In this document: positions 60,918 through 64,000 of the stretch, piece by piece
Layout of the letters: each line of letters begins with the position of its first letter
Numbering within the stretch: position 1 is the first letter of the stretch
Source of the DNA: Octopus sinensis
Lineage: Eukaryota
DNA: 64,000 bases
Assembly (NCBI RefSeq): GCF_006345805.1
Contig: NC_043002.1
Coordinates: forward strand, 51,274,001-51,338,000
Direction of reading: 5' to 3'
Program-made: the position numbers and the translations under genes
The notes under the pieces: model-generated
Databases searched by the model: none
Told to the model about the DNA's origin: nothing
Seen by the model: only the letters and a program-made list of their open reading frames with translations

Positions 60918-61604
60918 GACCAATGTATTTTGAACGAAAATAAATGTGTTTTGACAGAAGACTAATGTATTTTGATAGAAGGTTAATGTATATTTTGACA
61001 AGAGGTTTATGTATTTGGACTGCTTTATGTTATCGTATGGTAAAGCGAATCCAATATATTTTGACTGAAAAACAGATGTATTTTGACTGTACAACAAATG
61101 TACATTGGCTGAAAGCAATGGATTTATCAAAATATATTTTCGTTGAAAATATATTTTAACTAAAAAACTGGAGTATTTCGACTGAATACCAATGTATTTC
61201 AGTGAATGCCAATGAACTTTGATTGAGTACTAATATGTATTGACTGAAGATTAATATGTTTTGATTGACGATGAGAAAACCAATGTATTTTGATTAAATA
61301 TCAATGTTTTTGATTAAATACCACTGTATTTTGATTAGAGATCAGTGTATTTTGATTGAAGACCAATACATTATAATTGAAAAACCAAAGATTATACATG
61401 AAGTCTAATGTAATTTGATTGTTAACTTAGTATTTTGAATGGAGATGAAAGTTGACTTAATACCAACGTATTTTGAATGGAAACTAAAGTATTTGATTGA
61501 ATACAAATGTATTTTCAATGAAGACCAGCATATTTTCATTCAAGACTAATTTTCAATAAAACCTGCATATATTTTTAGTGAAGATATAATCTATTTTGAA
61601 ATCA
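60918..61604 (+). repeat. Degenerate ~21-bp minisatellite (consensus approximately ACCAATGTATTTTGACTGAAR), about 30 units
   Basis: Recurrent aatgtattttga at ~21-bp spacing. Confidence 0.85.
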
Positions 61605-62559
61605 CATTAACGCTTTAAACATCATTGTAAGTTTATTACAAACTTGTAGAATGGTGAGCCTAGAATTTTAAATAATTAATGCAATTACAACTGGGGTGAG
61701 AAAGAATCGTTAACTTAATAATTTTGATCAGGAAAGACAAGAGTTGTTTTCTGACGTAGAGATGTTCGCTACTTATAAGAATGACAATGGGATTAACACG
61801 TAGTCACGCCTATTGCACTGTGACATTACAATAAAGGTTTTCTTCAAAACCAAGGTTTCCATTCTGCCCTGAAATTCGTATCTGTCAATTTCTAACCACA
61901 TGCCAAGGCTACAAATTCATAGGGAACAGCGATAAGCTCATGCGGTCGTTCATACTTTTTCCTCGAGTGTAACATGAAGTGAACTGGTTTCAATAACAAA
62001 TCGAATTCCTTTTACTTAATCGGTTCACTCTGAACTCATCTGTCACTCCATGACAAACACACGCGGTCGCACTGGCGTGCACGCACACACTCACACACAC
62101 AAATACACACATACAAACACAGTAGATATTAAACGCTCCTGAATCATACAATTTCTATCACAATGTGGGCCTTTTCCCTTTTTTTAAATATTGCTTTACC
62201 GATTTAATTTAGAGTACGTTATCTATTATCTGTAGATGATTCACTCTTACCAACTTAAGGAAACATTCATTATCTTGCTGGCAGTGAGTTTTTGTCATTT
62301 GAATCCCTTCAGATATATTTGATTGTCATTCACTCTGGAACTTGTGCCGTTCGTAATTGTTAATTTAAGATTATGGCTATTGCTTACCCTATTTTCTTCA
62401 CCATTTACCATAGGGAAGCGAAAACAAGCATTCATCATAAGTGTTGTATTGCTTACTCTTTTTCAGAAACGATATAAATATAGTTAGCAGGTGACAAAGT
62501 GTGGTCACAGTTACTTTGAATTTTGTTACCCTGAAATAAACATATTCATGATTGAGGAA

Positions 62560-63240
62560 AATACTCAGTGGTGCTTACTGCATCAAAAATTAATAGTAAA
62601 ATAGGCTCTTTATCAACTTCCTCCTATCCACTATGTTTTCTTTGAAAACCATGTTTTCTACCCTGCCACTGAATTCTCATCTGCCATCTGTATCACATCT
62701 ATCAAATTCCCAGATATCTCTATTTCGATTTACTACCCCGCTCTCGTCATCTTAACATGTCTTTCACAAACCTATCTGCTTCAAGTTACCTCATTCTATT
62801 CGTTTTTAAATAACTACACAGTCTCCACATCCTACATAGTCATGACCAGGACTCCAAAACTATGTTTTAGCGTATGATCCGCCACATTTCATGATGTAGC
62901 CACCTCCAAGTAGTCGGCTCCACTCTACGTCACGCCCGTAATAGTGACCGCATCTATGTCTTCATGTACCGTGTCCAACTTGCCACTAATTACATTACCC
63001 TCCCCCGTATATCTGTGGTGCAACTTTTTATAGTATTTTCTCCTCCTTCAGTCTGACCAAGTTATATGCCATATCTTCGAACATTCCCTCTACATTCTGA
63101 TCGCTTACCTCTTCCTATACCCGCTGCTACTACTGCCTCTTCATGTTTAACATCATTACCCAATAAAGTGTTAAAATTCCTCCTTTCATGTCACTGACAG
63201 TTTCATCGACATCACCAGGAATATAAATTTTTTAATAAAA
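62560..63240 (-). mobile_element. Possible very old LINE RT remnant
   Basis: Only weak RT-like peptide traces and a purine-rich minus strand; no clean motif. Confidence 0.3.
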
Positions 63241-63965
63241 TGTTGACCATACTGTCAAGTCTATATAGTTGAGATTGGTCAATGTTTAGATATCTTGTAT
63301 AGGAGACAATTTTTAGACATCCGACAAAACAGCTCACCTAAACATTTTCTGCGCCTCTACTTTTTACATCACAGTATTGTAGTATTGTATTGCACCTACT
63401 TCTCCGGTATTTCGGTTGCAATGGAAACAACACCAACTCTTCCACCTTGGCACAGCTCATCTACAGGATTTGTATATTCTGAAAATAAGAAAGTTAATAC
63501 AAAGAGCAAAACACATTGAGCATAGATTTATTGGACTAGCGATGGCCAGAAGCTAAATAAAAACATATTTGATCACAAAGCGGCACAGTATGCATGTCCT
63601 TTCGTGATAGGAGTAAATTGATTAAAAAGAATCTTAACGAAACACGAGTCCCATACGCAAGGAATCATTCGTTTGGCGGATGGGCAGAATCCTTAGAGTA
63701 TCAGCTAAGATACATGCAGCATTTAGTTACAACCGTTTCTGTTCTGATTTCAAATCATACTGATGTCAGTTTTGACTTTGGTTTTTCAGATGCTGCTAAA
63801 ATATAAAATACCAATTAAAAACTGGAGTTGATTCAATATTCTTACAATGCATTCCTAGATGTGAAGGGAATTATAAAAACAGATCAACAAGAGGATCAAA
63901 TCGCGCACACATTCATATATATATAATATATACGTAACATAATTCATATATGTATATATATATGA

Positions 63966-63998
<33 letters not shown>

Positions 63999-64000
63999 AT

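Noticed and set aside
60918-61604. CRISPR-like periodicity
   Set aside because: The units are contiguous and degenerate with no unique spacers; the context is eukaryotic and there are no cas genes

Overview
This is 64 kb of repeat-saturated, AT-rich animal DNA with no recognisable host protein-coding exon, so it reads as intergenic or deep-intronic sequence. The SINE families, the very high microsatellite load and the transposon mix fit a coleoid cephalopod, most likely Octopus (inference from recalled repeat sequences; no database search was run). Nearly all long ORFs in the supplied track are translations of microsatellites. The real coding signal is fossil transposon protein: a Chapaev3 (CMC) transposase, three near-full-length or internally deleted Tc1/mariner-superfamily fossils, RTE, CR1 and R4/Dong-type LINE fragments, and Penelope-like (PLE) GIY-YIG fragments. 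Non-autonomous elements include three tRNA-derived SINE families (here called A, B and C), hAT, piggyBac-like, Tigger-like, mariner and Mutator-like MITEs, a 167-bp solo LTR and a Helitron-like element; several are nested with recoverable target-site duplications (TSDs). The main hidden signal is a set of minimal type-I hammerhead ribozyme motifs in PLE remnants. The three best-formed copies (21144, 22140, 23342) all carry a non-canonical CCGANGA core instead of CUGANGA. A 100-N gap at 42888-42987 is followed by about 2 kb of purine-skewed sequence of doubtful quality. Coordinates of TSD- or TIR-bounded elements were counted by hand; SINE and microsatellite edges are approximate (about +/-20 bp).
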